Shown piece by piece: positions 11,356 to 20,740 of a stretch of 64,000 nucleotides of DNA. A program made the translations under genes and the position numbers. The notes beneath the pieces are model-generated. The model had not been told where the DNA came from, did not search any database, and worked only from the letters and a program-made list of their open reading frames with translations. The DNA is from an uncultured Nitrososphaerota archaeon (lineage in GTDB: Archaea; Thermoproteota; Nitrososphaeria; Nitrososphaerales; Nitrosopumilaceae). The DNA lies in contig OY969559.1 in NCBI GenBank assembly GCA_963701075.1, positions 512,001-576,000 on the forward strand, given 5' to 3'. Position 1 is the first letter of the stretch. Every line of letters begins with the position of its first letter.

Positions 11356-11530
11356 ATGAAGGAATGGGAGGCATATGATGTGAAAGCACGAAAGAAGGTG
11401 AAGATACTGGATCCAAAAATAGTTCAGCTGAAAAAATAAGAGATGGGCAGTAGTTGGCAAGAGTCCTGTTACTGGGATCAAAGTTGTCAGGATTCTGGGT
11501 AAAGAAGATGCATTAAAAGCAAAAAAATGA
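11356..11530 (+). CDS. Small basic CC1/DUF5679-like putative chromatin protein (+1 frameshift at 11430)
   Basis: Removing G11430 gives MKEWEAYDVKARKKVKILDPKIVQLKNKRWAVVGKSPVTGIKVVRILGKEDALKAKK; YDVKA…KSP.TGIKV.R.LGK resembles crenarchaeal CC1. Not in the ORF track. Confidence 0.7.
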
Positions 11531-11775
11531 ACAAAGAAAAATATTTGTTTTCATAACTAAAAATACCATATAACCAAAAGATACTTGCTACTCTGGCAGA
11601 TGTCAAAACTACATAATTTTATTTCCTACTGTAGGCAAACACCACTAGCTCTCTTCTACGAATATTGATTTCCTATGAAATATTACTTGCAATAAACTTT
11701 CAAAGTTGGGGGAACTAGCGCTTGTCAAAAAATCCAAATCATTACAACATTGAGAATTATATTTCTAAATAGAGC

Positions 11776-12159
11776 TCAGGCAGTTATCAATTTTACATGT
11801 TCCATTTCATCACTTGCTTGGAATTCTTGTGTCATTTCACGAACCTTTGATGCCTTACCATTGAGCACAAACAGCTCCAAACATTTGTTGTTTCTTACCT
11901 TGCAATGTAGATGTGTCTGTATTATATCTTCAAATCTATGTTTTATTTCGGTGACAGATGTCTCGCCGTCTTCTTCATGTGTAACCGTGAGCACACATCC
12001 TATGTCTCCTGTCTGCTTTTCCTTTTCCATCTTGTCTGTCAAAAGCATCCTTATTCCGGCCCTGATTAATTCAGATCTGCCCGTAAAACCAAATTCTTTT
12101 TGCAACTGATCCATTTCTTTTAAGATGTTGTCATTTAATGAGATGCTAACAATTCCCAT
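11776..12159 (-). CDS. NikR/CopG-family ribbon-helix-helix metal-responsive regulator
   Basis: IVSISL…RSELIRAGIR RHH domain; C-terminal HLHCK…CLELFVL metal-binding domain; divergent from a metal ABC transporter. Confidence 0.88.
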   Translation of the reverse strand: MGIVSISLNDNILKEMDQLQKEFGFTGRSELIRAGIRMLLTDKMEKEKQTGDIGCVLTVTHEEDGETSVTEIKHRFEDIIQTHLHCKVRNNKCLELFVLNGKASKVREMTQEFQASDEMEHVKLITA

Positions 12160-12169
12160 GCCATTTTTC

Positions 12170-12270
12170 GGTTATTAACCGTATATAAAGTTAATATGAG
12201 TAAATTATTAATTTTCAATATTTCATAGTAGTAATTTTAATAACAAAAGTATATATTATTATTAATTTAA
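12170..12270. promoter_or_regulatory. Divergent promoter with TTAWTAA-N15-TTAWTAA candidate operator (12237-12265)
   Basis: TTAATAA(12237-43)/TTATTAA(12259-65) flank AAAAGTATATA; the arrangement is conserved in a second copy at 15159-15187. Confidence 0.55.
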
Positions 12271-12280
12271 TCTGCATGAA

Positions 12281-13255
12281 GTGGCTAAGAAAAACCAAAT
12301 TATTATTGCGGTTATAATTGCAATAGCAATAGGCGCAGTTTCAGTAGGTCTAATTTACAATAATTCTGAAAAGAATCAAAACAGCAGTACCCCTGTCAGC
12401 TCTAGTTCAGTTTCCAGTCCGAGTTCAACATCAACAATACAAATAGTAGCAGCTGAAAACTTTTGGGGTAGTTTAGTATCTCAGCTTGGCGGAACGCACG
12501 TACAAGTGTTGAGCATTGTTTCAGATCCTAATGCAGATCCACATGAATACGAAAGCAATACTGCAGATGCCCAAGCAATCACTAATGCTAATTATGTAAT
12601 TGTCAATGGAGCCGGATATGACGATTGGGCACTAAAAATTATTGCAGCAAGCAATAATCCAAATCAAAAAGTTTTGAACGTGGCAGATCTTATCGGAAAA
12701 AAAGAGGGTGACAATCCCCATTTTTGGTATAGTCCTTATTATGTGAATGATACTGTGAACAAGATGTATCATGATCTTATTTCTATCGATCCATCTAATA
12801 CCGCATATTATACACAGCAATACGCTAGCTTGAATGCATCACTTGGCATATACAACACTCGAATCGACGAGATCAAGCAGCAATACCATGGCACACGCGT
12901 GGCAGCTACTGAGAGCATCTTTGTATATCTGGCAAACGCTACAGGTCTTGACCTTGTCTCTCCACCTGAATTTATGGAAGCTGTTGCAGAAGGAAACGAC
13001 CCGCCGGCACCGAGCGTCGTGCAATTTCAGCAGCAGCTTCAGGGTCAGGGAGGGAATGTGACCATGTTGGTCTATAATGAACAAACGGTAACGCCGCTCA
13101 CACAAAGTATCAAGGCATTGGCCGCTGCACAAGGCATTCCAATTGTTGGTGTAACAGAAACCATACAACCACCAGATGTCTCCTTCCAGGATTGGATGAA
13201 TGGAGAATTGCTTGCTCTTCAAAACGGTCTTAACTCCCAAGCTCTGGGACAATAA
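12281..13255 (+). CDS. Zn/Mn ABC transporter substrate-binding protein (ZnuA/TroA family)
   Basis: DPHEYE, NGAGYDDW, NPHFWY motifs; N-terminal membrane anchor. Confidence 0.9.
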   Translation: MAKKNQIIIAVIIAIAIGAVSVGLIYNNSEKNQNSSTPVSSSSVSSPSSTSTIQIVAAENFWGSLVSQLGGTHVQVLSIVSDPNADPHEYESNTADAQAITNANYVIVNGAGYDDWALKIIAASNNPNQKVLNVADLIGKKEGDNPHFWYSPYYVNDTVNKMYHDLISIDPSNTAYYTQQYASLNASLGIYNTRIDEIKQQYHGTRVAATESIFVYLANATGLDLVSPPEFMEAVAEGNDPPAPSVVQFQQQLQGQGGNVTMLVYNEQTVTPLTQSIKALAAAQGIPIVGVTETIQPPDVSFQDWMNGELLALQNGLNSQALGQ

Positions 13256-13258
13256 TGA

Positions 13259-14077
13259 ATGAGCACGGCAGATTCTAGGACTACGGATTCAACGCAGGAG
13301 GAGATTGTTACTGCTGAAAATCTAGCAGCTGGTTATCCAGGTAAAACCGTTTGGCAAGGTGCAAATTTTAGTTTTGCCCGCGGTGAGTTTGTGGCAATTA
13401 TAGGCCCTAACGGTGCAGGTAAGACAACTTTATTTCGTTTGCTCCTTGGATTGCAGCAACCTATTCGCGGTACAATCAAAATGTTCAATACTCCGCCAAA
13501 GCGTGGCAATTCACGGATTGGCTATGTACCACAACGCCATCTAATTGATAGCGATACCAATATCGAATGTCTCCAACTGGTGAAGTTGGCGCTTTCAGGC
13601 AACAGGTGGGGATTGAGTTTGTCTTCCCAGAATGAACAAAGATCTGCTTTTGATGCACTTGAAGCTGTTGGGGCAGCAGAGTTTGCGCATAATACACTCA
13701 ATAGTTTGTCAGGTGGAGAGTTGCAGCGCATATTTTTAGCAGAGGCATTGGTAAGTAACCCTGAAATGTTATTACTCGATGAACCATTGTCAAATCTTGA
13801 CATTAGACGCGCAAAAGAATTGGTTCAGCTCATCAACAAAGTGGTTCGCTCACGTAACGTGACAGCATTGCTTGTGGCTCATGACATCAATCCTCTTTTA
13901 CCCTTTCTTGACAAGGTAGTTTATGTCGCCAATGGCAAGGTAGCAACAGGAAAACCAGAAGAGGTCCTGACATCAGAGTCGCTTACTGCATTGTATGGTG
14001 TTCACATAGAAGTTATTCATGATTCTAGGGGCAACATAGCCATTATAGGAATCGAGGATCATCATGGTCACGAATAG
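13259..14077 (+). CDS. Zn/Mn ABC transporter ATP-binding protein
   Basis: GPNGAGKT, GYVPQ, LSGGE, LLLDEP; His-rich tail EDHHGHE. Confidence 0.93.
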   Translation: MSTADSRTTDSTQEEIVTAENLAAGYPGKTVWQGANFSFARGEFVAIIGPNGAGKTTLFRLLLGLQQPIRGTIKMFNTPPKRGNSRIGYVPQRHLIDSDTNIECLQLVKLALSGNRWGLSLSSQNEQRSAFDALEAVGAAEFAHNTLNSLSGGELQRIFLAEALVSNPEMLLLDEPLSNLDIRRAKELVQLINKVVRSRNVTALLVAHDINPLLPFLDKVVYVANGKVATGKPEEVLTSESLTALYGVHIEVIHDSRGNIAIIGIEDHHGHE

Positions 14078-15002
14078 TAATATCTTTAGTATCAATTTGT
14101 TGGCCGACTTGCAACAGATGTTCCAGTTCCAGTTTATGCAACATGCTTTCGAAGCAGGTACAGTAGTTGCAATCATCGCAGGAATTGTCGGCTATTTCGT
14201 GGTCTTGCGTCGCTCTTCCTTTGCAGCTCATGCACTTTCTCACATTGGCTTTGCTGGAGCGGCAGGAGCCGTATTGATTGGGGTCAATCCTGTTTTTGGC
14301 CTTCTTGCATTTACAAGCGGAGGCGGTGTTGGCATGGCCATGCTTGGACCACGTGCCGTTAATCGAGATGTGCAGATAGGTACAGTTCTTGCATTTTTGC
14401 TTGGCCTAGGAGTGTTATTCATTAGTCTCTATACAGGTTATGCGACCGAGGCATATTCTATCTTGTTTGGAGAGATACTTGGCATAAGCAGTAATGACGT
14501 TCTTGTAACAGTTGTTGCTTGTTTGATAATCTTGACTGCAGTAGGCATTGTGTATAGGCCACTTTTGTTTGCATCGCTTGATGAAGATGTGGCAGAAGCA
14601 AAAGGATTGTCCATGCCTTTGCTTGGTATAATCTTCATGCTCCTAGTCGCGGTTGCCACATCGATGGCCGTCCAAGTTGTTGGGGTACTTCTAATATTTT
14701 CATTGATGGTCACACCAGCTGCAATTGCGCAACGATTGGTAAAACGAACTAGGAGCGCCATGATAGTCTCTGTACTTGTTGCCCTAATAGCAACATGGTC
14801 AAGTCTCTTTATTGCTTTTTACGAACCATATCCTGTAAGCTTTTTCATAACAAGTATAGTGTTTGTTTCTTACTTGTTTGTCAGGTTTGTCTATCCAAGC
14901 AGAATATGCTTGGTGTGCCGTGAAAAGTTTAGCAGTCTGTCTCTCCCAAAACACCTGGAGAAAAAACATCCCAGTACCTTCATGTCAGAAGACAAATCAT
15001 AA
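14064..15002 (+). CDS. Zn/Mn ABC transporter permease with C-terminal C2H2-like finger
   Basis: HALSHIGFAG, LFGEIL, VVGVLLIFSLMVTPAAIA; tail CLVC-x11-H-x4-H. Confidence 0.9.
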   Translation: MVTNSNIFSINLLADLQQMFQFQFMQHAFEAGTVVAIIAGIVGYFVVLRRSSFAAHALSHIGFAGAAGAVLIGVNPVFGLLAFTSGGGVGMAMLGPRAVNRDVQIGTVLAFLLGLGVLFISLYTGYATEAYSILFGEILGISSNDVLVTVVACLIILTAVGIVYRPLLFASLDEDVAEAKGLSMPLLGIIFMLLVAVATSMAVQVVGVLLIFSLMVTPAAIAQRLVKRTRSAMIVSVLVALIATWSSLFIAFYEPYPVSFFITSIVFVSYLFVRFVYPSRICLVCREKFSSLSLPKHLEKKHPSTFMSEDKS

Positions 15003-15030
15003 ATTCAAAATTATTGATGACCACACTCGG

Positions 15031-15081
15031 TCTCATCTCTTTTAGAATATTGTTGTTCAATGAAATGCTGACAATTCCTAT
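15031..15081 (-). pseudogene. Relic 5' fragment of the NikR-family gene (start codon mutated to ATA)
   Basis: Translates as IGIVSISLNNNILKEMR versus MGIVSISLNDNILKEMD of 11776-12159; adjacent 15082-15190 resembles the intergenic 12160-12270. Confidence 0.8.
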
Positions 15082-15201
15082 GCAACTTTGTGATTATTAA
15101 TCATATATAACGTCAATATGGGAAAATTATTAATTTTAAATAAATCGTAATATGGAAATTAATAAGAAAAGTATATATTGTTAATAACCAATGTACTGGT
15201 G

Positions 15202-16083
15202 ATGAAGTACGAGACGCAAAGTATAATCGGAATTATAGTTTTAGGTATAATTTCAGCAGGTCATTATGCTAGTGCTGACACAAATCAGCAGCTGCCAGAG
15301 TGGTTCCATGACAAGGCAATACTTTATGCTAATGGACAAATCAGTGATCAGGAATTCATTCAAGCAATGAATGATCTTAATATGACAAACTCTACCATGT
15401 CCTCTTCAAACACAAATAGCACGAGTGGCATGTCAGGGATGTTTTCATCTGACAACAGTACGAATGCAACCGGTTTGAACATGAATGTCTCTATGTCATC
15501 TAATGTTATTCCTCACTCGAAAAATTGCAATGACCAAAACTTTCCACTAGTAGACTGGCATGGGTGTAATCACTCAAACGAATATCTTAGCCATGCCGAC
15601 CTCAACAATGCAAATCTTCGAGGCGCAAACCTTTCACATGCAAATCTTTTGAAGGCCTATCTGGTAGAGACGCATCTTAATAATGCCAACCTCAATTACG
15701 CTGAAATGACAAACGTTGACCTGCCAGAGTCAGATCTTTATGGTGCAAGCTTGATAGGTGTAGACGCCCCATTTGCTGATTTTCGCTATGCAAACATGAG
15801 TAACGCAAATTTCACAGACGGAAATTTCCATGATAGTACTTTTTGCTGGGCGCACCTTAGAGACGCAATCTTCCGAAATGCTAATCTTGTTAATGCCCAG
15901 CTGTACCAACTTGACCTTTCTGGTGCAGACTTGAGCAATGCCAACATTTCCGATGCACGATTTGACGGTTCAAACCTGACAAATGCCAATCTGGATGGTG
16001 CAAACCTGCACAGTGCAGATCTTTCAGGTGCAATTCTTACCGGTGCTCATCTTCATTGTCTGAATAATCCAGTTTGTAATTAG
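15202..16083 (+). CDS. Secreted pentapeptide-repeat protein
   Basis: Signal peptide, Met/Ser/Asn-rich linker, many A(D/N)LxX repeats. Confidence 0.88.
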   Translation: MKYETQSIIGIIVLGIISAGHYASADTNQQLPEWFHDKAILYANGQISDQEFIQAMNDLNMTNSTMSSSNTNSTSGMSGMFSSDNSTNATGLNMNVSMSSNVIPHSKNCNDQNFPLVDWHGCNHSNEYLSHADLNNANLRGANLSHANLLKAYLVETHLNNANLNYAEMTNVDLPESDLYGASLIGVDAPFADFRYANMSNANFTDGNFHDSTFCWAHLRDAIFRNANLVNAQLYQLDLSGADLSNANISDARFDGSNLTNANLDGANLHSADLSGAILTGAHLHCLNNPVCN

Positions 16084-16316
16084 AATTGGAAGTAAAAACA
16101 TTTGATAAATAAAAGTCACAACCTAGGTCACATCAAAATACGAACAATATCTGGCATTATTCTATCCACCTACCTGGCATCTCATGATACATAGATATGA
16201 TTTGGTGTCAATGTATGTTGAAGCCTTGATGATAAGGCGTTCAGGTCTATTTTCAAAGAAAACAATATGGCAAGAAATTCCACGACTCTAAAAAATCTAT
16301 TTTGTTATTTCTTCAA

Positions 16317-17225
16317 TCAGGGGGCAAATTCTGGTCTTACTGTACTGAGCGATATTGCATGATCATCAATTAATACGCCTACGCCAACATTGACACTTGC
16401 TATTCTTACCACAACCTTTGGCAGATCATCACTGGTAAGATTGTATTGTTTGGCAAGAATTTCCTTCACCCTATCTTCCGTATTGGATAGTTGGTTGAGG
16501 GTTGAGGGAACAGAAATGTCAAGTGTCTGTCTCATCATATTTGTTGGAATTTTGCCTGTCCCATCTTGTATTATGTAAAACACGATCTTGTCTACAACTA
16601 CCTCGTGAGGTAGTGTGTCTAGATCATTTGCAGTATAGAAAACCTGTACCTCTAAAGGATCAGTGTTATAGTTTTCATTCGATATTACGGCACCTTTTGA
16701 AGGCTGTAAGACTGAATCAAATGGTACATTAATTATAATGAATCCTTCTAGAAAATTGTCATTATAGTTATCAAGAACTCTTCTTACGTCTTGGCATGTG
16801 ATGCCAGTAGCATTTTCTGAACCCAAATTTACTAGTACCGCATTAGAACTAGGCCCATCATTTACTACAACATTCCAAAACATGGTTGATTCAGATCCAC
16901 CTTTATTGAAAATGCTTACATCTGTATCATAATGGCCTGGTCTGAGAGGTCCCTCGCCAGCAAAGATGGAACCACACTCAAATTTTGCAGTATACATTAT
17001 TCCAGTTGGGTTTTCAGTTGAATTGGTTTCTCCAGCAACTGATGGAGACATGGATAAAGTAGAATTGGTTGTTGGAATAGTTCCTAATAATTTGTTTGTA
17101 TTTGATCCGGCAGGTTGACCCTGAGCCAAGACAGGATTGTGCTCTTGGGCTAGAAAACTAATGGCAATAACAGAAATGATTGCTGCAGCAACCAGAACTA
17201 TGGAAGATCTTTGCCACCTTTTCAC
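16317..17225 (-). CDS. Secreted/membrane-anchored hypothetical protein (YxAKFxCG motif)
   Basis: N-terminal hydrophobic segment; MYTAKFECG…PGHYDTDVSIFN. Confidence 0.6.
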   Translation of the reverse strand: MKRWQRSSIVLVAAAIISVIAISFLAQEHNPVLAQGQPAGSNTNKLLGTIPTTNSTLSMSPSVAGETNSTENPTGIMYTAKFECGSIFAGEGPLRPGHYDTDVSIFNKGGSESTMFWNVVVNDGPSSNAVLVNLGSENATGITCQDVRRVLDNYNDNFLEGFIIINVPFDSVLQPSKGAVISNENYNTDPLEVQVFYTANDLDTLPHEVVVDKIVFYIIQDGTGKIPTNMMRQTLDISVPSTLNQLSNTEDRVKEILAKQYNLTSDDLPKVVVRIASVNVGVGVLIDDHAISLSTVRPEFAP

Positions 17226-17319
17226 AAACTCAATTAAATTCTTCTAATAATATATGTTAGTGAGAATAGAGCTAACATTAAATATGAAGCTGGTCACATC
17301 GTCAATCGGGTACTGTTAA

Positions 17320-19095
17320 TTGCAAAAAACTTTCAAGTTTTTACTGTTTGCATTTTTGCTCGTCTCTGTGGTATTTTCCTCATTGCCACGTAACGCTTTT
17401 GGTGACGGCTTTGCCATGGAAAATCTCCCGCCTGCATCAGTTGGAAACAGGGAAGTACAGCTCTTCATCAAACTTAATCCTACAATACTCTATTCAGGAT
17501 CTGGCGTACAGCCAACGATATTTTTCAGGTGGTTTGACGCAAACACTAACGAGACACTGCAACACATATCATTTTTCCTCACCATTACAAAACATAATCA
17601 GCTTTTGTTTAGGGAACTTCTCCACACCCATACTGGAATACTCAACATGGATATCACTCCAACTAACGAAACTAATTGGACAGTTTATGCAGACAAGGAA
17701 CCGATTTTGGGTGGATGGGTGCCTGATAATGATGATGATCCAATTGATGTGATAGGTCCAATTTTTAATGAAGGTGGATTGTATCACTTTAACATGCAAA
17801 TGTTTTCAATAGATTACGACAATAACATATTTGATACAACCGACAACCCTGCAAGTGTACCAAACTTTGATGCTTATCTTAGTGTTGGAGATGTTTCCGG
17901 CCATGATATGGTATACAATGGAAACACCTACAATTCTACCGTAATTTCTTATTATGATAAAATCAATGACGACTTTAACTTTGACCCATCAAAATTACAG
18001 ATTTCATATTCTATGCCCTTTGACTGGAACATGACAAGAATAGCTAGCCAGCCAATCTTTGTGCACGAAGAAATCCATATTCCAAAAGCTTTCAAGGAAT
18101 TTACAAATACGCCAACATACTCTGCAACCATGAACGGCTATCAAATCACAGGCCGTAGACTTATTGTGGACCCGTATACATCAGGAAGCAGCGTTATTGC
18201 TCACATATTGCTAAACAAGATAGACATACAGGACATGTCAAAACAAATGCCACCTGGAACTGATACCATGAACTTTACTCTTGCGCCGGCCGCGCCCAAT
18301 GTACAAACATCAAACAGTGCCCTTACTGACTTTGGTGGTTGGGGAGTCAAGTTGGGATGGAATCCAACTCAGATCACACCAAACTCAGTAAATAATTTGC
18401 AACTTTCCTTCTTTGACGCATTTACTGAACAACCAGTTAATGGGGACGTAAATTACGATCTAAAACTATTGGACAGTGCTGGTGACACTATTCTTTCCAA
18501 GGTAGGTTTGACTGCAAAAAATTCCATAGATACACAATCTCTGAACCTACCAGGTAATGGAATATACCATCTCTTATTGAACATCACGTCTATAGTAGGT
18601 CCAACAGGACTGCCTGACACATCCAGACTTGGTGTGGCAAGAGCTGACTTGGTTATTCCATCAACAGTGGGTACGGATCAAGGGGTTGTAGCCATACAAG
18701 GAAACCAATCTGGAATTATGGGCGTACAATCAACTAGCAACCAACCCACTACAACTGGCAACCAAATCACTACAACTAGCAATCAAACAACTACAACTGG
18801 AAATCAAACAACTACGACTAGCCAAATTTCAATTCCAGCCTGGGTAAAGAACAATGCCAAGTGGTGGTCAGAAAACTCTATAGATGATTCCACTTTTGCT
18901 TCCGGAATTCAATATTTGATAAAACAAGGAATAATTCAGATACCTGCAACAACTCAGGGTCAAGCTTCTCCCGGTGTCCAGATACCTCAATGGGTAAAAA
19001 CAAATGCTGGTTGGTGGTCTAGTGGACAGATAGATGACCAAACATTTGTGGCTGGAATTCAGTATCTTATCAAAATTGGAATAATTACAGTCTAG
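17320..19095 (+). CDS. Large secreted thaumarchaeal protein with two C-terminal 'IPxWVKxNAxWW' modules
   Basis: Signal peptide; Thr-rich linker; tandem C-terminal modules. Confidence 0.75.
   Translation: MQKTFKFLLFAFLLVSVVFSSLPRNAFGDGFAMENLPPASVGNREVQLFIKLNPTILYSGSGVQPTIFFRWFDANTNETLQHISFFLTITKHNQLLFRELLHTHTGILNMDITPTNETNWTVYADKEPILGGWVPDNDDDPIDVIGPIFNEGGLYHFNMQMFSIDYDNNIFDTTDNPASVPNFDAYLSVGDVSGHDMVYNGNTYNSTVISYYDKINDDFNFDPSKLQISYSMPFDWNMTRIASQPIFVHEEIHIPKAFKEFTNTPTYSATMNGYQITGRRLIVDPYTSGSSVIAHILLNKIDIQDMSKQMPPGTDTMNFTLAPAAPNVQTSNSALTDFGGWGVKLGWNPTQITPNSVNNLQLSFFDAFTEQPVNGDVNYDLKLLDSAGDTILSKVGLTAKNSIDTQSLNLPGNGIYHLLLNITSIVGPTGLPDTSRLGVARADLVIPSTVGTDQGVVAIQGNQSGIMGVQSTSNQPTTTGNQITTTSNQTTTTGNQTTTTSQISIPAWVKNNAKWWSENSIDDSTFASGIQYLIKQGIIQIPATTQGQASPGVQIPQWVKTNAGWWSSGQIDDQTFVAGIQYLIKIGIITV
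18733..18822 (+). repeat. 21-bp coding tandem repeat (T-S/G-N-Q-x-T-T) x4
   Basis: TSNQPTT-TGNQITT-TSNQTTT-TGNQTTT. Confidence 0.8.
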
Positions 19096-19198
19096 TCAGC
19101 AAATGCTCTAAAGGGAAAAAAGATACCTAGAGCTTCAAGTCTAAAACGGTACCTAACAATTCCCAAGAAATAAATCTCATAAATTTAACAAAAACAAC

Positions 19199-19375
19199 AT
19201 GCCACTGATAACCATCTCTATGTATCCTGGCAGAACTGAAAAACAAAAAGAGGAATTTGCAAAAGCAGTCACAAAATCTGCAGTAGAAATTCTCAAAACC
19301 AAGGAGAATCATGTAATTGTAGTTTTCGAAGAGAATCCAAAAGAAAACTGGTACATGGCTGGAAATCCTCTTTAA
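19199..19375 (+). CDS. 4-oxalocrotonate tautomerase family protein
   Basis: MPLITISMYPGRTEKQKEEFAKAVT…ENWYMAG; N-terminal catalytic Pro; 58 aa, below ORF-track cutoff. Confidence 0.88.
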   Translation: MPLITISMYPGRTEKQKEEFAKAVTKSAVEILKTKENHVIVVFEENPKENWYMAGNPL

Positions 19376-19409
19376 ACACATTTTTATTTTATACAAAATT
19401 ACAAAGTCT

Positions 19410-20219
19410 GTGACAAAAATTGCGATAGTACAGATGAAGGCTGATACCGAGAAGGAAAAAAACCTTAAAAAAATTCTTGGCTACATTGCACAGGCAGCAA
19501 AAAGAAATTCAGCACTGTGTGCATTTCCGGAATTTATGATGTTTTACACTCCATCTCACCAATCTGCGTCCGAACTTGCAAGCTTGGCAGAAAAAATAAC
19601 TGGAGAGTTTGTCACTTCGATATCAGAAGTGGCAAGAAAACATTCAGTCCAAGTTGTAGGAACATTTTACGAAAAAAGCCCAAAGGCAAACAGAGTTTAT
19701 GACACTTCATTTCTAACTGACCAAAATGGAAGAATAGTATCAAAATATAGGAAAATTCATCTCTATGATGCACTTGGTTTCAAGGAATCTGCAAAACTTT
19801 ACCCAGGTTCTTCAGTTGCAAGGCCCATTAAAACAAGTGTTGGCAAGATTGGCATGATGATTTGTTATGATTTGAGATTTCCTGAGATGTCACGCATGCT
19901 TGCATCTTCTGGTTCTGAGATTCTCATTGCTCCTTCTGCATGGGTGCAAGGAAAAATGAAGGAGGAGCACTGGATAACCATTAACAAGACAAGAGCAATA
20001 GAGAACGGATGTTATGTTGTTGCACCAGACCAGGTGGGAAACATTTACTGTGGAAGAAGCTTGATAGTGGATCCGTTTGGGAAAGTTCTTCTAGACATGA
20101 AAAAAAGGGAGGGTATTGGCATAGCTGATATCTCGCTAGATCAAGTAAAACAAGTACGCAAAAAATTGCCCCTTTTGAAAAACCGACGAACTGACATATA
20201 CACTGACTTTAAGATTTGA
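19410..20219 (+). CDS. Carbon-nitrogen hydrolase (nitrilase/Nit family)
   Basis: E-K-C triad: FPEF, YRKIHL, ICYDLRFPE. Confidence 0.92.
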   Translation: MTKIAIVQMKADTEKEKNLKKILGYIAQAAKRNSALCAFPEFMMFYTPSHQSASELASLAEKITGEFVTSISEVARKHSVQVVGTFYEKSPKANRVYDTSFLTDQNGRIVSKYRKIHLYDALGFKESAKLYPGSSVARPIKTSVGKIGMMICYDLRFPEMSRMLASSGSEILIAPSAWVQGKMKEEHWITINKTRAIENGCYVVAPDQVGNIYCGRSLIVDPFGKVLLDMKKREGIGIADISLDQVKQVRKKLPLLKNRRTDIYTDFKI

Positions 20220-20676
20220 TGGTTCTGCTTGAGCATCGTATGTTACAGCATTGCCTTATCCATTTCTGTTTCACTGAATATCTAAACACAATCATGGGCC
20301 AAAAGCAAATCTTACATGGAATCTTTGTCGCACATATCATTCCTTTCTGGATTAGCGGAGAAGAGGCTCTACATCCATTGTAATAGTTAGAGCATCCCAT
20401 GAAGCGTTTTCTTGTCTGCCTAGAACGTATGACCAAAAGCTTCCCAATCTTACATTCTGGGCACTCAACCAGCCCATTTGCAGGAGTATTTGTGCCTAGA
20501 ATGACATATTTTCCCTTCTTCTCTGACCATGAAAGATAGCCATTCTTGTCATAGTATTGGCGTATCTCTTCTCTTATTCTTACAACTTTTTTATCAGTAA
20601 TTCGAACAGAATTTCTTGCGCCTGATCTTTTTTTGAGCACAATTATCTGGGAAATATTTTCTTTCATTGATATCAT
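20209..20676 (-). CDS. Topoisomerase I C-terminal zinc-ribbon-like protein
   Basis: CPEC…FMGCSNYYNGC, further CxxC motifs. Confidence 0.75.
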   Translation of the reverse strand: MISMKENISQIIVLKKRSGARNSVRITDKKVVRIREEIRQYYDKNGYLSWSEKKGKYVILGTNTPANGLVECPECKIGKLLVIRSRQTRKRFMGCSNYYNGCRASSPLIQKGMICATKIPCKICFWPMIVFRYSVKQKWIRQCCNIRCSSRTIKS

Positions 20677-20740
20677 CTGATCTGACTGATTAAAGAATAG
20701 TAGTGAAGAATTTTTATATGGAATCTAGTCAGCAAGATTT

